DNA from: Enoplolaimus lenunculus
Taxonomy: Eukaryota
Assembly: GCA_030248215.1 (NCBI GenBank)
Contig: JASANG010001107.1
Span: forward strand, 372,001 to 436,000
Length of the DNA stretch: 64,000 nucleotides
Direction of reading: 5' to 3'
The position numbers were made by a program, and so were the translations under genes. Below the pieces are notes generated by a model. The model saw only the letters and a list, made by a program, of their open reading frames with translations, did not search any database and had not been told where the DNA came from. Below, in pieces: positions 1 to 12,198 of the stretch; the first letter of the stretch is position 1, and each line of letters opens with the position of its first letter.

Positions 1-773
1 TATTAATGGTCTTTGGAAGCTGGACAACTAATGACGCTTTAGAAGTAGGTTGGCCTGTATGCAATGCCAACGAGTTGTTCAGTATTATGGACGGCTTATA
101 TAGCGACTCATTGAAAGTGCAGTTAACAGCATACAATATGCCAATTCCGAATGGAACATTGTTTTTCAACATGCAAAACTAATAACATTTGTTATTCCAG
201 CAAATCTACTTTTTTCGGAAACAAAGGTTATTTAGTGCCCGACCTCAGTTCAGAGATTTGTAACCTGAAGCAAAACATAGATTTATATAACAAGTTGTTC
301 AAAATTTTTATTGTTTAATAGGTAAGTATATTGCCGAACATATTTTTATCCGGGTTTTGGATTCAGCTTTTTCACAACGGAATCCGAACCGCCAAGTTTT
401 GCCTTATTCGAACCTTTGTTGGCACCCTTTTTCACAGTATATTATTAGTGGTCATTGTGTTTGAAGTGTCGAAACCAAGTTTTTACCGATTCCGTTGTCA
501 ATTTTATCTTGAAATTTTGCCGATGCCGATTAACGGCACAACCGTCATAATTGGATTCTTCTTAGAACTACGCACTTATATGTTTGGTATTGTCAGTTAA
601 CCATTTATTGGCCTAACAGTTGTTGCATTTTTCAATTCTCTAGGATTACTATTTCTAACCAGTGGAAATTAGGGGTTAGATTTTTAAATACGCCGATGAC
701 GTCGTACTGTGGCTGATACATGTAAAAATTCTGCCTGCGGTTACAGTCACTTAGTACGAACATTTATTTTAAG

Positions 774-3700
774 GGTCCAGATAAAGCACGATCTCAGTTG
801 ATAATTGTCGATCGCGGGGTTGATGGAGTTAGTCCTCTACTTCACGAATTAACATTCCAAGCGATGGCCTATGACCTTGTTACTATTGAGAATGATGTCT
901 ACAGGTATGGGAACTATTCCCATATGCGTATAGCACCTGTCACCACGTTGTGATAGAGGTTTTCAAACTCACGAACTCCGGCCGTTTGGATATCAAAACT
1001 TGCACAGAATTAGTACAAATGAAATTTGAAAATATGCTAAATTTCGATGCTCATTATTTAGATCAGACTCAAGTTTAGAATTAGGCTTAGTGAACAGGCC
1101 CTTACATTCAACATATGCCTCTCAGTGTATGAACTCTGTCTGATAACGTTTCAGTTACGAATCGGGAAGCGGCGAAGATAGCGGCGATAAGCAAGTGGTA
1201 CTTGATGAAAACGATGATCTGTGGGCGGCACTGAGGCATAAACACATTGCAGTTGTTTCTACGTAAGCTCAGATAAATAATGTAGTTTATAGAAGATCTG
1301 CAGTGAATGCTAATTTAAAGTTTTAAACGGTAATTGATTCTGAATTTCTAAATGTTTATAGTGGCATCAAATTCAATGTGAGTGTCCCACTTGCAGACCA
1401 GTTGAGGCGATGCACATTGGTTGCAGACAAAAGCGATTCCAACCACATTGAATAGTTATAAACGCCTTGAACCACGGGGTATAGAAGGGGTGCGCTTACA
1501 ACTATCTGAACATCATTATGATATGAATTTCTAAATGCTTATAGTGGTTCAACGTACGGTGCACATAATAAATAAGCTGTTGCATTTTACCGCAAATATG
1601 TTCATTATAATTGCTAAGTTGCTTACTATGTACGTGCATGCTGCCGGTACGGAACTAATATAATATGAATTTACTTTATATTCTATTAAACTGGCCAGTG
1701 CACAATTACAGTCGTAAAGCTTATTTTTCAGTGAAGTAACTAACGGTCTCAAGAACTTTAGTCAAGGCAAAAAGGGGATGACAGCGGCGGATGCAAAATC
1801 GGTCAAAGATTTGTCAAATTTGATTAAGAAAATGCCTCAGTATCAGAAGCAATTGAATAAATATTCGACGCATCTACATTTGGCTGAAGACTGTATGAAG
1901 CGATACAAAGAAGGTGTTGATAAACTGTGCAAAGTTGAACAGGTAAGGTAGCTTCTGTTCATGTAATTACGTTTTTAATGTTTTGTTTAGCTTTCGAATA
2001 ACCCATATCTTTAGTAAAGGCAAAGATTCTTTAATAAAAGCAAACATCTAGTAGATAGATAGATAGATAAAGTAGAAAGAGGATATGACGCCACTGTGGG
2101 CGTTCGCGTAGACAAATTAAAAACATTGTCCATTGCGACATCCTACGACCTTATATACTCTGTGTGTCACTTTACATTAACCTTTAGACGTTCTGTTTCA
2201 ACAATAAACTTATAGATTTTCCTTATATCAAGAAATCAAATTTCTCTAACAGCTAATGTCTTCCTACCAAGAAATTGATCGCGTTTGGCTTCCCACCGCT
2301 TGCATACGCATAAAAAGTGCTCAGCGGTCTCACTTACATTGCATTGTGAACAATTTTTATCTTGAGCTACTCTCATTCTAAATAGGTGATAACTTAACCA
2401 ACAATGTCCCGATAAAATCTGAATACGTTGTCTAAGTTTGTCTTTATTAAGCTTCAATAAAAATCTACTTCTTCTTATGTTTGGTTCTTGAATTATTGAT
2501 GTTGAAAATCTACAGATTTTCTGATTTATCCATCTATATATAAATTTCCTGTGCATCCATAATGTAATTCTTAAGCGAACCTCCCGCTTACATATAGGCA
2601 GTACCGGTTCTGGTCCTATAAATCGTCTACCTGATCCACGCCTTGCTAATTCATCCGCTAATTCATTACCGATTGCATTAGAGTGACCCGTTACCCACAC
2701 TAGTAAAACTTCATTTAATTGTGAGAGTTCTTTAATTGCTATTCGACACTCGTTAACTATTTTAGATCTAATTTTGATACTATGTAAAGCTTTCAGTGCT
2801 GCCAAACATCTAGTAGCACAGTTACAATTTAATGTTCAAAATTGGTCCGATTTTGAGGCTGAATGAAAACGTTAACAAAACTGGTACTTTATCTAGTATA
2901 TTTAGTAAAACCTATGTTGCAAAATGTCAAGCGAATAAACATGTAAACTTACGACAGCCATATTTTTTACCTGCGCGTAGGTAGTGTTAAATATCTTAAA
3001 AGGTACATTGCTTTTATTTTGTTTTCAGGATCTTGCAATGGGTGTGGATGCGGATGGCGAGAAAGTCAAAGACCCAATGCGTAACATGACTCCGTTACTG
3101 ATCGATACAATTGTGTCTGAAACTGACAAATTACGCATTATTCTGCTGTTTGTGTTGTCGAAAAACGGTAATGGTGGTTTTTACAGCCAACTGAAAATTA
3201 ATAAGTCACTAATGAGGGAAATGGGTATGGTTTTGTAATTTATGTGCCGTTATGGTCCTTTGTAGTTCTGGAATGACAATTTCGCAAAAGTAGTTTAATA
3301 TGTCTAAACAAAAATTGCACAAGTAAACTCTTCAAAAATCTGAATCCGGTCCTTGTGATTTTTAACCAGCCTTATATTTCGAAATTTCATAGGTTAAAAG
3401 TTTACAGCTCTGGCAGTTCTTTTATTGTACAAATGGCTAGATAATAACTGTTCATCGTCTTAGGTGTACCTGACGAGAACTTGGCAAAATTGTTGCAACA
3501 TGCTGATATCATGCAAGACAAACAAACTGCTTTAAATATGGCGTACTTGGGATTGAATATTACAACTGATGTGAGTTGTGCTTTTGCAGGATGTGCGTAA
3601 ATCTATCGTTCAGCTATATGTCGTATTGCGTATTTGTTGTTGAGAACTGTTTTTGATTCTATCATCTTGAATGAACCGTTTCGGAAACGACTCTAATGTC

Positions 3701-5308
3701 AATGTCCTTATAAGCTAAAATCAGAAGTCAGTTAAATAAGTTTTAATCAGGAATAAATGCGTTATTTTGTGTGTAGCGATTGTAATATTGTCGTTTCAGC
3801 AGGGACGCCGCAAAATATGGAATCCGTCCCGCAAAGAGCGCTCGAGCGAGCAAACTTATCAAACGAGTCGCTGGACTCCTGTTTTGAAGGACATTGGCGA
3901 GGATGCAATCGACGACAAACTTGATCAGAAACACTTTCCATTTTTAGCCGGGCGACAGCCCGCAGCCAGTTACAAAGCGCCGCCATCAAGGTAATTTCGT
4001 CTTGATTTTTTTAACAATACACGAATTTGTATTGCAACAAAAAGTTTTTGGGGCGGCGATTAAGCAACTTGATAGAAGCTTCGCAGTTAGACGCTATGAA
4101 AACCATTTCGTTTTCTAGAAAATCTACGCAAAACTTTAAGACTGTTCGACGATAACTGCAGGGGAAATATGAGATGGCAGTGTGATTGACCTTTGCAGTC
4201 TGTACACTCTATGTTCCATCGTACGTTGTGCTGCTGAAGTACTGTTTAGGATTCGTATGTCCAAATGTCTGTGGCACATGGTTTTAAGGAAACAGGCAAA
4301 TTATTACAATCAAGAAGCTGACATTATGCGCAGTAGCAGTATGAGATGGACGCCAAAAATACTTAAATCAAACCTAAAATACATAACATTAACGTTACAA
4401 TACCTTTTACAGTAAGAACCTTGTCCAATTTCTTCGACAGGTCGCCCGACGACGTCGTTACCGTACGTTCTTTGTCCATAGTGATCAGAACAATCCCCAA
4501 CCAAAACAACCGACCACTGAAAACATCCGCGTTGTTGCAAAGGCAGCAATCGTGTCTAAAATATAAGCCATGTTGTATACATTTGTAAAAAAGGTAAAAA
4601 ACAGACAATCCACCACGTTTCTCTTTAATAGAAGATCTAAGCCTACATCATATAAGGTAATTTTCTTTTTGGAACAGTTTTTCATTTTTGGTGTTGTATT
4701 TTTAGTGCACGTTATGGCCAATGGCACAAAGAGCGTGGCGCAGGTGGTGCAACTCCTGCGCGCTCCGGTCCACGCTTAATAATATTTATTGTTGGCGGTG
4801 TGACGATGAGCGAAATGCGTTGCGCGTACGAAATTTCGAGAGACAAGAAACCGTGGGAAGTTATTATAGGTACGTGTTTACTCCTGATACATCTGGATAT
4901 TCTGTCCCGGGTTTGGCAAAATAAATCACAACTATATTAAACCATTACTGATGACCAAAAGAGCAATATGTCGCAACGATTTTTGTTCGAAATGATACTA
5001 ACACCGTAACTTTTGCATGATTATTATATTTAGTTGACGTGATTGAGTCTTTCAGAAAGTTTTGAATTGCCATTAGCGTACAATTCCACGATGCGCCGGC
5101 CGGTTCCGGACACATTAGATCAGTAATCAAGGTATAGCACCATCCTTGCTGTATCTTATAGCAAAAAAGTATATTTAATAAGAACTAGAAACTGAGCTCA
5201 GCGCCGAAAAACAGTGCAGTGAATATTTTAGGAGCTGATCAAGTATTGACGCCCACTTCGTTTATTACAAACTTGAGAGATCTGAATAAAGTTGATGCCG
5301 AACAATAA
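774..5308 (+). CDS. unc-18: Sec1/Munc18 family protein UNC-18/STXBP1 (5' end outside window). Exons 774-904, 1155-1262, 1732-1942, 3029-3167, 3464-3570, 3800-3990, 4706-4869, 5232-5308
   Basis: GT-AG exons join in frame: [35 protein letters not shown]..., [94 protein letters not shown], ending [19 protein letters not shown]. These are recognisable Munc18/Rop/UNC-18 motifs. Confidence 0.97.
1341..1547. repeat. 159-bp two-hairpin insert flanked by 24-bp direct repeats (unc-18 intron)
   Basis: TGAATTTCTAAATG(T/C)TTATAGTGG at 1341-1364 and 1524-1547. Stems at 1371-1380/1444-1453 and 1452-1465/1492-1505. Confidence 0.7.
2055..2802 (-). mobile_element. 5'-truncated non-LTR retrotransposon (RNase H + C-terminal zinc knuckle; LOA/R1/I-group-like)
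   Basis: ORF 2236-2805(-) has the RNase H motif [19 protein letters not shown] and a CxxC...ETAEHFLC knuckle. Perfect 14-bp TSD CAAACATCTAGTAG at 2041-2054 and 2803-2816. (TATC)n 3' tail. Confidence 0.9.
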
Positions 5309-5514
5309 TGAAAATTGTGAAATAATATAACAAAAGCTTGACTCCTTTATTGTAGTCTTTTGTGTGAACCCCAGGAATAACTATCCTTTCAAAGTAGAAC
5401 ATTGCTTACAGTATTCCAGATTAGTAAGCATTTTGTCCTGTGAAACAGTGTGCGGCGCTCATACAAAATCAAAATGGTTATTTGTGTCGTGCACTTTAAT
5501 TCATGAGAAATATT

Positions 5515-5879
5515 GACTGGATTTAGAAAACCCTACTTACGTACGACTTAGTACTTAAGTACGGGCTAAGTAATTGCTGAAATATTTTGCCATTTTTAAA
5601 AGTGTACTTAAGTTAAGTAAATACTTAAGTCACTGATTAAATTTGATACACTGCAAATTTACCGCTCAGGCATAATAACCTTGGTCTAACTGAAATTGTA
5701 GACTCATGATGCCTCCTTAATATAAAGCAAAACTGTTAGTTTCTTGTCATGACAATGGCCGTTGTTTGGCGCTTCTTTGATTGTGTTTGAAAATTTAAGT
5801 ATTTACTTAAGTCGGCGATTTAAGTAATTACTTTGGTATAACTTAAGCAAGTACTTAAGTAAGATGTCAGAAACCAGCC
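5515..5879. mobile_element. MITE-like imperfect inverted repeat just 3' of the unc-18 stop
   Basis: Ends GACTGGATTTAG..TACTTACGTAC and GTACTTAAGTAAG..GAAACCAGCC are inverted. Internal ACTTAAGT palindromic motifs. Confidence 0.55.
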
Positions 5880-7300
5880 AATGTCAAACATGCCACAAAA
5901 CGCTCCCTTACGCAGTGTTATTAAAAGGTTTCTTCTCTAACTCAGGGTATCGTTTTTCATTCACTTGTGTCGCAACATAAACGACGAACGCTGAAGGGGG
6001 GCGTGAACCGGGGACTAATCCTTATGTTTGTGCTTATATTGACAAGTTTATTGTGAACGGCACATTATTACTGCGTATGTAGCTTGTAAATGTAACGATT
6101 CTAACCGGTGTACTGTGATTAGGGTGTGTATCTGTGTATACATGTTTTACTGCAATCATGTTATGTATTAATTACGTTAGTTAATGTGAAGAAAATCGCG
6201 TCAATTTTGTATTCTTTCATTTGTGACCTTATGATGCTGAGACGCTTGCGCAATTTTGTTAGCAATAACAGTTTAGAACGATGGTACTACACGGTAATTA
6301 TACTGGGCAAATGTTGTTCAAGTTAGGTTTCATGAATTCAACGCAATCCAGACTGTAGAGTTAAAAGCGATGATAAGAACGCAAACGCAGTTAACCGCTG
6401 TGCGCTTACTTCACGCTCAGTGAACACTAATCAGGGCTGACTTAACATGGATACAATTTGGTGCATAACGAACGTTAACGTTGGACATGTTGATACTGTC
6501 AAAATGTTTATGGACATACCGTAGACAGTTGTAAAATTTTGAAGTAATCTGTGATAAGGTATGCTAGCGCTGAAATAAAAATTAGATTTGTTGTATTTAA
6601 ACAGAAAAACGCAAAAAGTAGAACGTTTTACTGTTAATGTCTTAAGGTATGCTATATAGTGTATTTTTAAGCTTGTGTATACATTAACCTCTAATGCGTT
6701 GCTGCTGGCTTAATATTTGTAGCGGTTGTTTTTATTAGCTTTAGTCTACCGAACTCGAAGCGCAGTATGCAGCTACGCAAACAGCGACTAAATTCCATCT
6801 AACAAAAAGTTATGCCGGAGGTGTCGTTTTTATTAATCAGTGTTTCCGGTTCTCGTTTAAATTATGATGGTGTTACGTACAAGTCTAATCACATCAAGGA
6901 AAATAGTGAGTGTGCCAGAATATTCGCTTTCGCTCTACAGGTTTTGGGCGTCGTTCCAGGTACTAAGTTATAAGGCGATACACAGTAGGCTAATATCATT
7001 TTCTAATATGAATATTAGCGTATGGAGCATTGCAACAATTTGATCAAGGATGTACAAATGGGGAGGAATTTGGGGTATATTCCTCACCAATATATATATA
7101 AACAGTAAACCATTTTACCAGCCATTAGAATAACGAGCTGCGGCATAAAATAAAAAGAAGCGACACTTAATTGTGAGCTCCCGTAAATCAGCCTCGTTTC
7201 TACGGCACTGTGGTTTTGGTATATTTAGACAGTAACTGCCGAATTATAGGCTGGCGTATGGTGTAGTTTTCATACTTTTACAAGCGCATTAGATATCTAG

Positions 7301-7858
7301 CAGGGTTCCAATCGGAAGTAAATTTTGTCGGAAGCGGAATCGAAATCGGAATTCTGAAAGCACAGGAACAACTTGGCTTTAAATTTTAATACAGTTAAGC
7401 ACTTTGAGCATTTCAAAACTTAAAATATGAAGTCTTATGAAATCATAAACAGGAACCAGATTTTTGAGAGTTAACCAATTCAACGGATCGTCGTTTTCAC
7501 TACGGTAAGGGTACTGTTGAACCAAATATCGAGCTATATTTGAGAACATTTGAGAACTAATGGGGCTAACAACATTGCTTGGCGCTACGAAGTAGAATTT
7601 TAAGTTTAGATTATGTCATTCGTTTAAAGGTTGAGCTTAAAGTTTTCAATGCAGTCAAATTTTGACAATCAGCGAAATAATTTACTCTGCTACTGAGAAT
7701 ACTTACTAACAAAAACAGATTTGCAAACAAACGAAAAAAATTTTATGCTCAATCAGCTTAAAAACTCTTAACCGAAAAATCGGAATAGAAGCCAATCGGA
7801 ATCGGAACCCAAATTTTTTCGAAATTTTAGACGGAATCGGAATTCCGTTGGAACCCTG
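7301..7858. mobile_element. hAT-type MITE
   Basis: TIR CAGGGTTCCAA..TTGGAACCCTG. 8-bp TSD ATATCTAG/ATATGTAG. Confidence 0.8.
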
Positions 7859-8695
7859 ATATGTAGTACTGTAAACATTGTTTTCGTCCAGTTATGTTGT
7901 TATTCAGTGTATTTTTGTACCTTTTCAATCGGCTTCATCATTATACCGACATTCCATTACATACATAGCAGATGTTCATTACGTGTTTGATATATCCTAG
8001 TTATACCGTACATATAATCTTGAAGTTTTTCACTGTATCTTTTAATCTTGTTCGTGAATTTCGTTTTCGGCGTTTAAAGTGGTGTTTTAATCACTAAAAA
8101 TTTGGGCCATTGTATGGAATAGGGCCGGAACAGTAGTATCAGAATATTTCTAAGCCTAATCGTAAGGATTAAAGATAAGCCAATAGGTAATGAAGGTTAA
8201 GCCTGAACAAAAAAGTACTCTAAAGCTCTATTGCATTTGCAGTCCTGCGGGAAAACGGTCCGCTCCTAATCTATATGTGGGCCGCCAAAATTTGTATTGT
8301 TGAAAATTCGAAAAGAATTACATTTAGCAAGTTTAAGGTAATTTGTATCATAAGACGGCTCACGGAATCTAGTGAGATTGCCAAATTAGACTCAGTTGTG
8401 GTTTTTCAAAAGTTCAAATATCTGTGTGGAATAAATTTCAAAAAATAGTGAGCAGCTTTATGCAAAATTTTTTTTAAAAACTAGTTCTTATCTGCCTCGA
8501 TGGTTGACTTTCAACGGCGTTACAAACCACGTTTTATATTATACTTGGTTTTATGTTGGCTCCTAAACATTGCACTGGCACTGACCTTGGTCCCAATATT
8601 TAGGGTGGGCGAGGATATACAAGCCCTCCATCTCCAGCCCCACCTTTCGCTTTATATACGTTTAGGCTATAAAATAATGCGCGATGAGATTATAT

Positions 8696-9123
8696 GAGGG
8701 CGCAACCGGAGGTGAAAAATACCGGAGCAAGAGGTCAACAAAATTTGCCGGAGCCGGAGGCGAAGCCTGAAAGGAGATGAAATTATGTAGTTAAAATGAT
8801 GTTTAATTTGTTAATTTTAGCAAATATATGTAATGTGGTTTGTTAATCGTTTGGTGTTACGCTGAGTTTTTACGAAATCTCGGCAATTCGTTCCTCAAAA
8901 TTTGTTGAAAGTTAAAACGAAACACGCCAAACAGATAAATTTTGTAAAACTACAAAATTTTACTGCCGAAATTGCCGGAACCTCCGGCAAAAATTACACC
9001 GGAGCCGGACGTCGATTTCCTGCCGGAGTCCGATTTTCTTCCACAGCCTGATTTTTTGCCGCAGTCCGATTTTCTGCCACAGTCCGATTTTCTGTCGGAG
9101 GCAGACCTCCGGTTTGTACCCTG
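8696..9123. mobile_element. hAT-type MITE with internal ~21-bp tandem repeat
   Basis: Ends (G)AGGGCGCAACCGGAGGT / ACCTCCGGTTTGTACCCTG. GTCCGATTTTCTGCC-like repeats at ~9010-9100. Related 3' end at ~21180-21369. Confidence 0.6.
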
Positions 9124-10519
9124 ACATATAAAATATTATATATTATAGATGGGCATTGTATATCCGGATATGAAAAATATCCGGATATGTGTCCGGATAT
9201 CCGAAATACTATTGTGTAAATTTTTTTAAATGCTATTGTGTAAAATTTCTTGGCATAATTTTATTGTTTCACCACTAAAGTAGTTGGAGCTGACGAAAAG
9301 AAATTCTGTATTCAAACCTCAGTCAGAATATTAAACTAAGTTCTTGACGATTTATTATGTTCCAATATATTAAGACTAGAGCGGGTCCTGAAAATTTGGA
9401 CCAATATTGCTTAAAGCAATGTAACAACCAAAACATATCCTAAGGCTAAGTCTCCAGCGTAATAAACAGATCTAATGAGAAAGCGGGCACGAGCGGATGC
9501 AGATGGGCTGGCGGGCTTCCGCCTTCGTCAGAAATTTTTTGTGATAAAATGAGAAGGTCCCCTCTCTACCTTACAATTTTGCCCCCTGAGAAAATTTTTC
9601 AGTGAGAAATTGCGTTTCAAAACATTTAACAACCGCCCCGTCAGTAATTTCTGGGTTCGCCGCTAAACCGTAAATATATTTGAATGAAAACGACTCATGT
9701 ATATATAGTTCGAGAGAAGGGTGACATTCGATAGAATCTCTGTTGCAGCGGCTTTAATCGGAAGGAGACAAACCAAATCAGCTCAATTTCAGGTGGCAAA
9801 CTCAAGTATTTATTAAGTCAGTAGCAATCTTGTAAACCGAATAGCCAGCACTATTAAAGCTGTTGTATAATAAATGAGTACTTTTAGAATTGTATGTTTT
9901 ACGCTTATAACAATCAGTTGGTGGGTCAGGGTATATACTCCTCTTAAAGCAACAAGTTAACATTAGTGCTAAGAAACGAAAAGTGAGGTTCGGAAACCCA
10001 AAAGACGCAATATCCAGTTTCAGATATCCGAAATAGAAAATTTAATTTCAGATATTTGTATAAATATCCGGCAAACATTGCCGGATTTCCGAATATGAAA
10101 AAATATCTGATGCCCATCACTAGTAGTGAATAGTGAATGATTTGTGCGGTTGCGCTCGGTGGTTGAAATGGTTATTATTTAAATATAATTTAGAAACACC
10201 GCGACAGTTCTTCGGCAATATATAATATTGGTGGTAAAAAATTTTCGTTAAGTCGGATTTCAATGAACAAGTTTGTTTCACACGTCAGCTTTTATTTATT
10301 CATGCACAAGTAATTTGTGTAGTTATATCAGCTATATTTATCGTGTGTGCAATGAATTAAATGCTTGGTAGTTGTTTTTTCGCTCAGATTTTTAGTATTT
10401 TGGTCGTAGGTAGTCTGTATAGTTTGCCCATTCGATTTTTATGATCGCTTGGTTTGAAATGATATCAGGGTGCAACCGGAATTATAAAATACCGGAACCG
10501 GAAAATTGAAAAATGCCGG

Positions 10520-12198
10520 TGTTACGGCGTAATTTCCCCCCATAATTTTACACCCTGAAACATTACACCGGTGTAATTTTCCCACGGAAAATTCAACCAG
10601 CCACGGGGTAATTTTCCGACGGAAAATTCAACCAGCCACGGGGTAATTTTCCCACGGAAAATTCAACCAGCCACGGGGTAATTTTTCCACGGAAAATTCA
10701 ACCAGCCATGGGGTAATTTTCCCACGGAAAAATGATACTGGTTCAATTTGATCTCTCCGGACATGAGATTCAAAAATGAGATCTTATAAAGCTACTTATG
10801 TTATTCGCATTGGTCCATAATAAACCTCAGTGATTGAGTTTTTTGCATGATTTAACTATCAACATAATCAAAATGAGTTTGTGAAAGATTCTGCAGGTAT
10901 GTAATGGATCATCTGCTTTATTATTGCGTACACCATTGTGATAAAATGTCGCTCTCATCCTTTGCCAGAACGCCATTTTTACGCACTAGATTTCGCGTAT
11001 TCAATGTCAGGAGGTTCACATTTCGATGTGCGGACAAACAATACACTGCTTCTCCGCGGAGTCCTTTAAAAGGGACTAGGACCAGGGTGCAACCGGAATT
11101 CCGGTCGCGGTAGGGAAATTCGGTATTTTTTCAACGGAATTTTCCTGTATTTTCGGTAATGAATATTTTTTCTCATTCGAAAATTTAAGAAAAATTAGCG
11201 TATTATTCTAACATATGTATCTAAAATTGTCCGAGCGTGTATTGCCAAAATTTTCAATTTGTGCCATACTCCATAATTATCATATGTTTCCACCTACTGC
11301 ATTTGTTCCAGGATTTTGGCATTCTAAATGGTGTGTTTAGTGTTTGCAGCATTAAAAGCGATAAAATAGCGCTTAAAATGAATATTTCGGTTACAAATAT
11401 TTTTTATTTTCCGGTTCCGGTATTTTTTAACTTTCCGGTTCCGGTATTTTATAATAGAAATCTATAGATTACCGGTATAAAATATGCAAATGCACAAAAA
11501 ATTTTACACATGTTTGTGTAAATGTAAGTGTATTGCTACAGTACCGTATTGTCCTGAGTCCCTTTAAAGGGTATTGTTTTGCCCAGACGGGAGTACAATG
11601 GAGTGTGGACAAGAAACTATTAGTTTACAACTGTTTAATGTACCTAGACTGTTGCAACAGCGTTGATTTGTACCCTGTTTCAAAGGCAGTGGGTGGAGAA
11701 ATTTTCCACAGGAGCGTGCAGTATAGCGTAGACGATCCATAATTGTTACCAGGGATCGACCGGGTATCCGGTTCCGGTTTAATAACCAGCAAACACCGAA
11801 CAAATATCATAAAACTGCATTTTACACGTCGAAATACTAGATATTTTGCAGCGACTGCAATTCCGGTCAAGTCCAGAGTGTACTCTGACATGGAATGAAA
11901 ATCCACGCAGAGTTAATCTTAAATCCATACACACGTATTTTTACGCCACTAAAATACTTCCAATAGTACAAATTTAGATTCTATATCCGGCAAAATAAAA
12001 GCGAGCTTTGAAGGCAAACTTATAATGGTAACAATTTTGTCAAAAGAAAAATTATAGAAGGAAAATAAATTTTTCGGAGTAAAGGGAAAATATTACAGGA
12101 GGAAAGTTACGCTTTGACTTTACGCCGTAGCTGATTTAATTTTTTGTGGGGGAAATTACACCGGTGTAATGGGAAAGGGGGAAAATTACGCCGTAACA
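10520..12198. mobile_element. Non-autonomous Ginger1-like DNA transposon
   Basis: TIRs TGTTACGGCGTAATTT..AAATTACGCCGTAACA. CCGG duplicated at 10516-10519 and 12199-12202 relative to the host MITE consensus. Confidence 0.7.
10575..10732 (+). repeat. 35-bp tandem repeat, ~4.5 copies
   Basis: Unit AATTTTCCCACGGAAAATTCAACCAGCCACGGGGT, with near-identical copies directly adjacent and no spacers. Confidence 0.95.

Noticed and set aside
4945..5000. CTGATGA...GAAA resembling a hammerhead ribozyme core
   Set aside because: The stem II closing pair is wrong and there is no room for stems I/III.
10575..10732. 35-bp repeats resembling a CRISPR array
   Set aside because: Units are contiguous with no unique spacers, there are no cas genes, and the context is a eukaryotic transposon.
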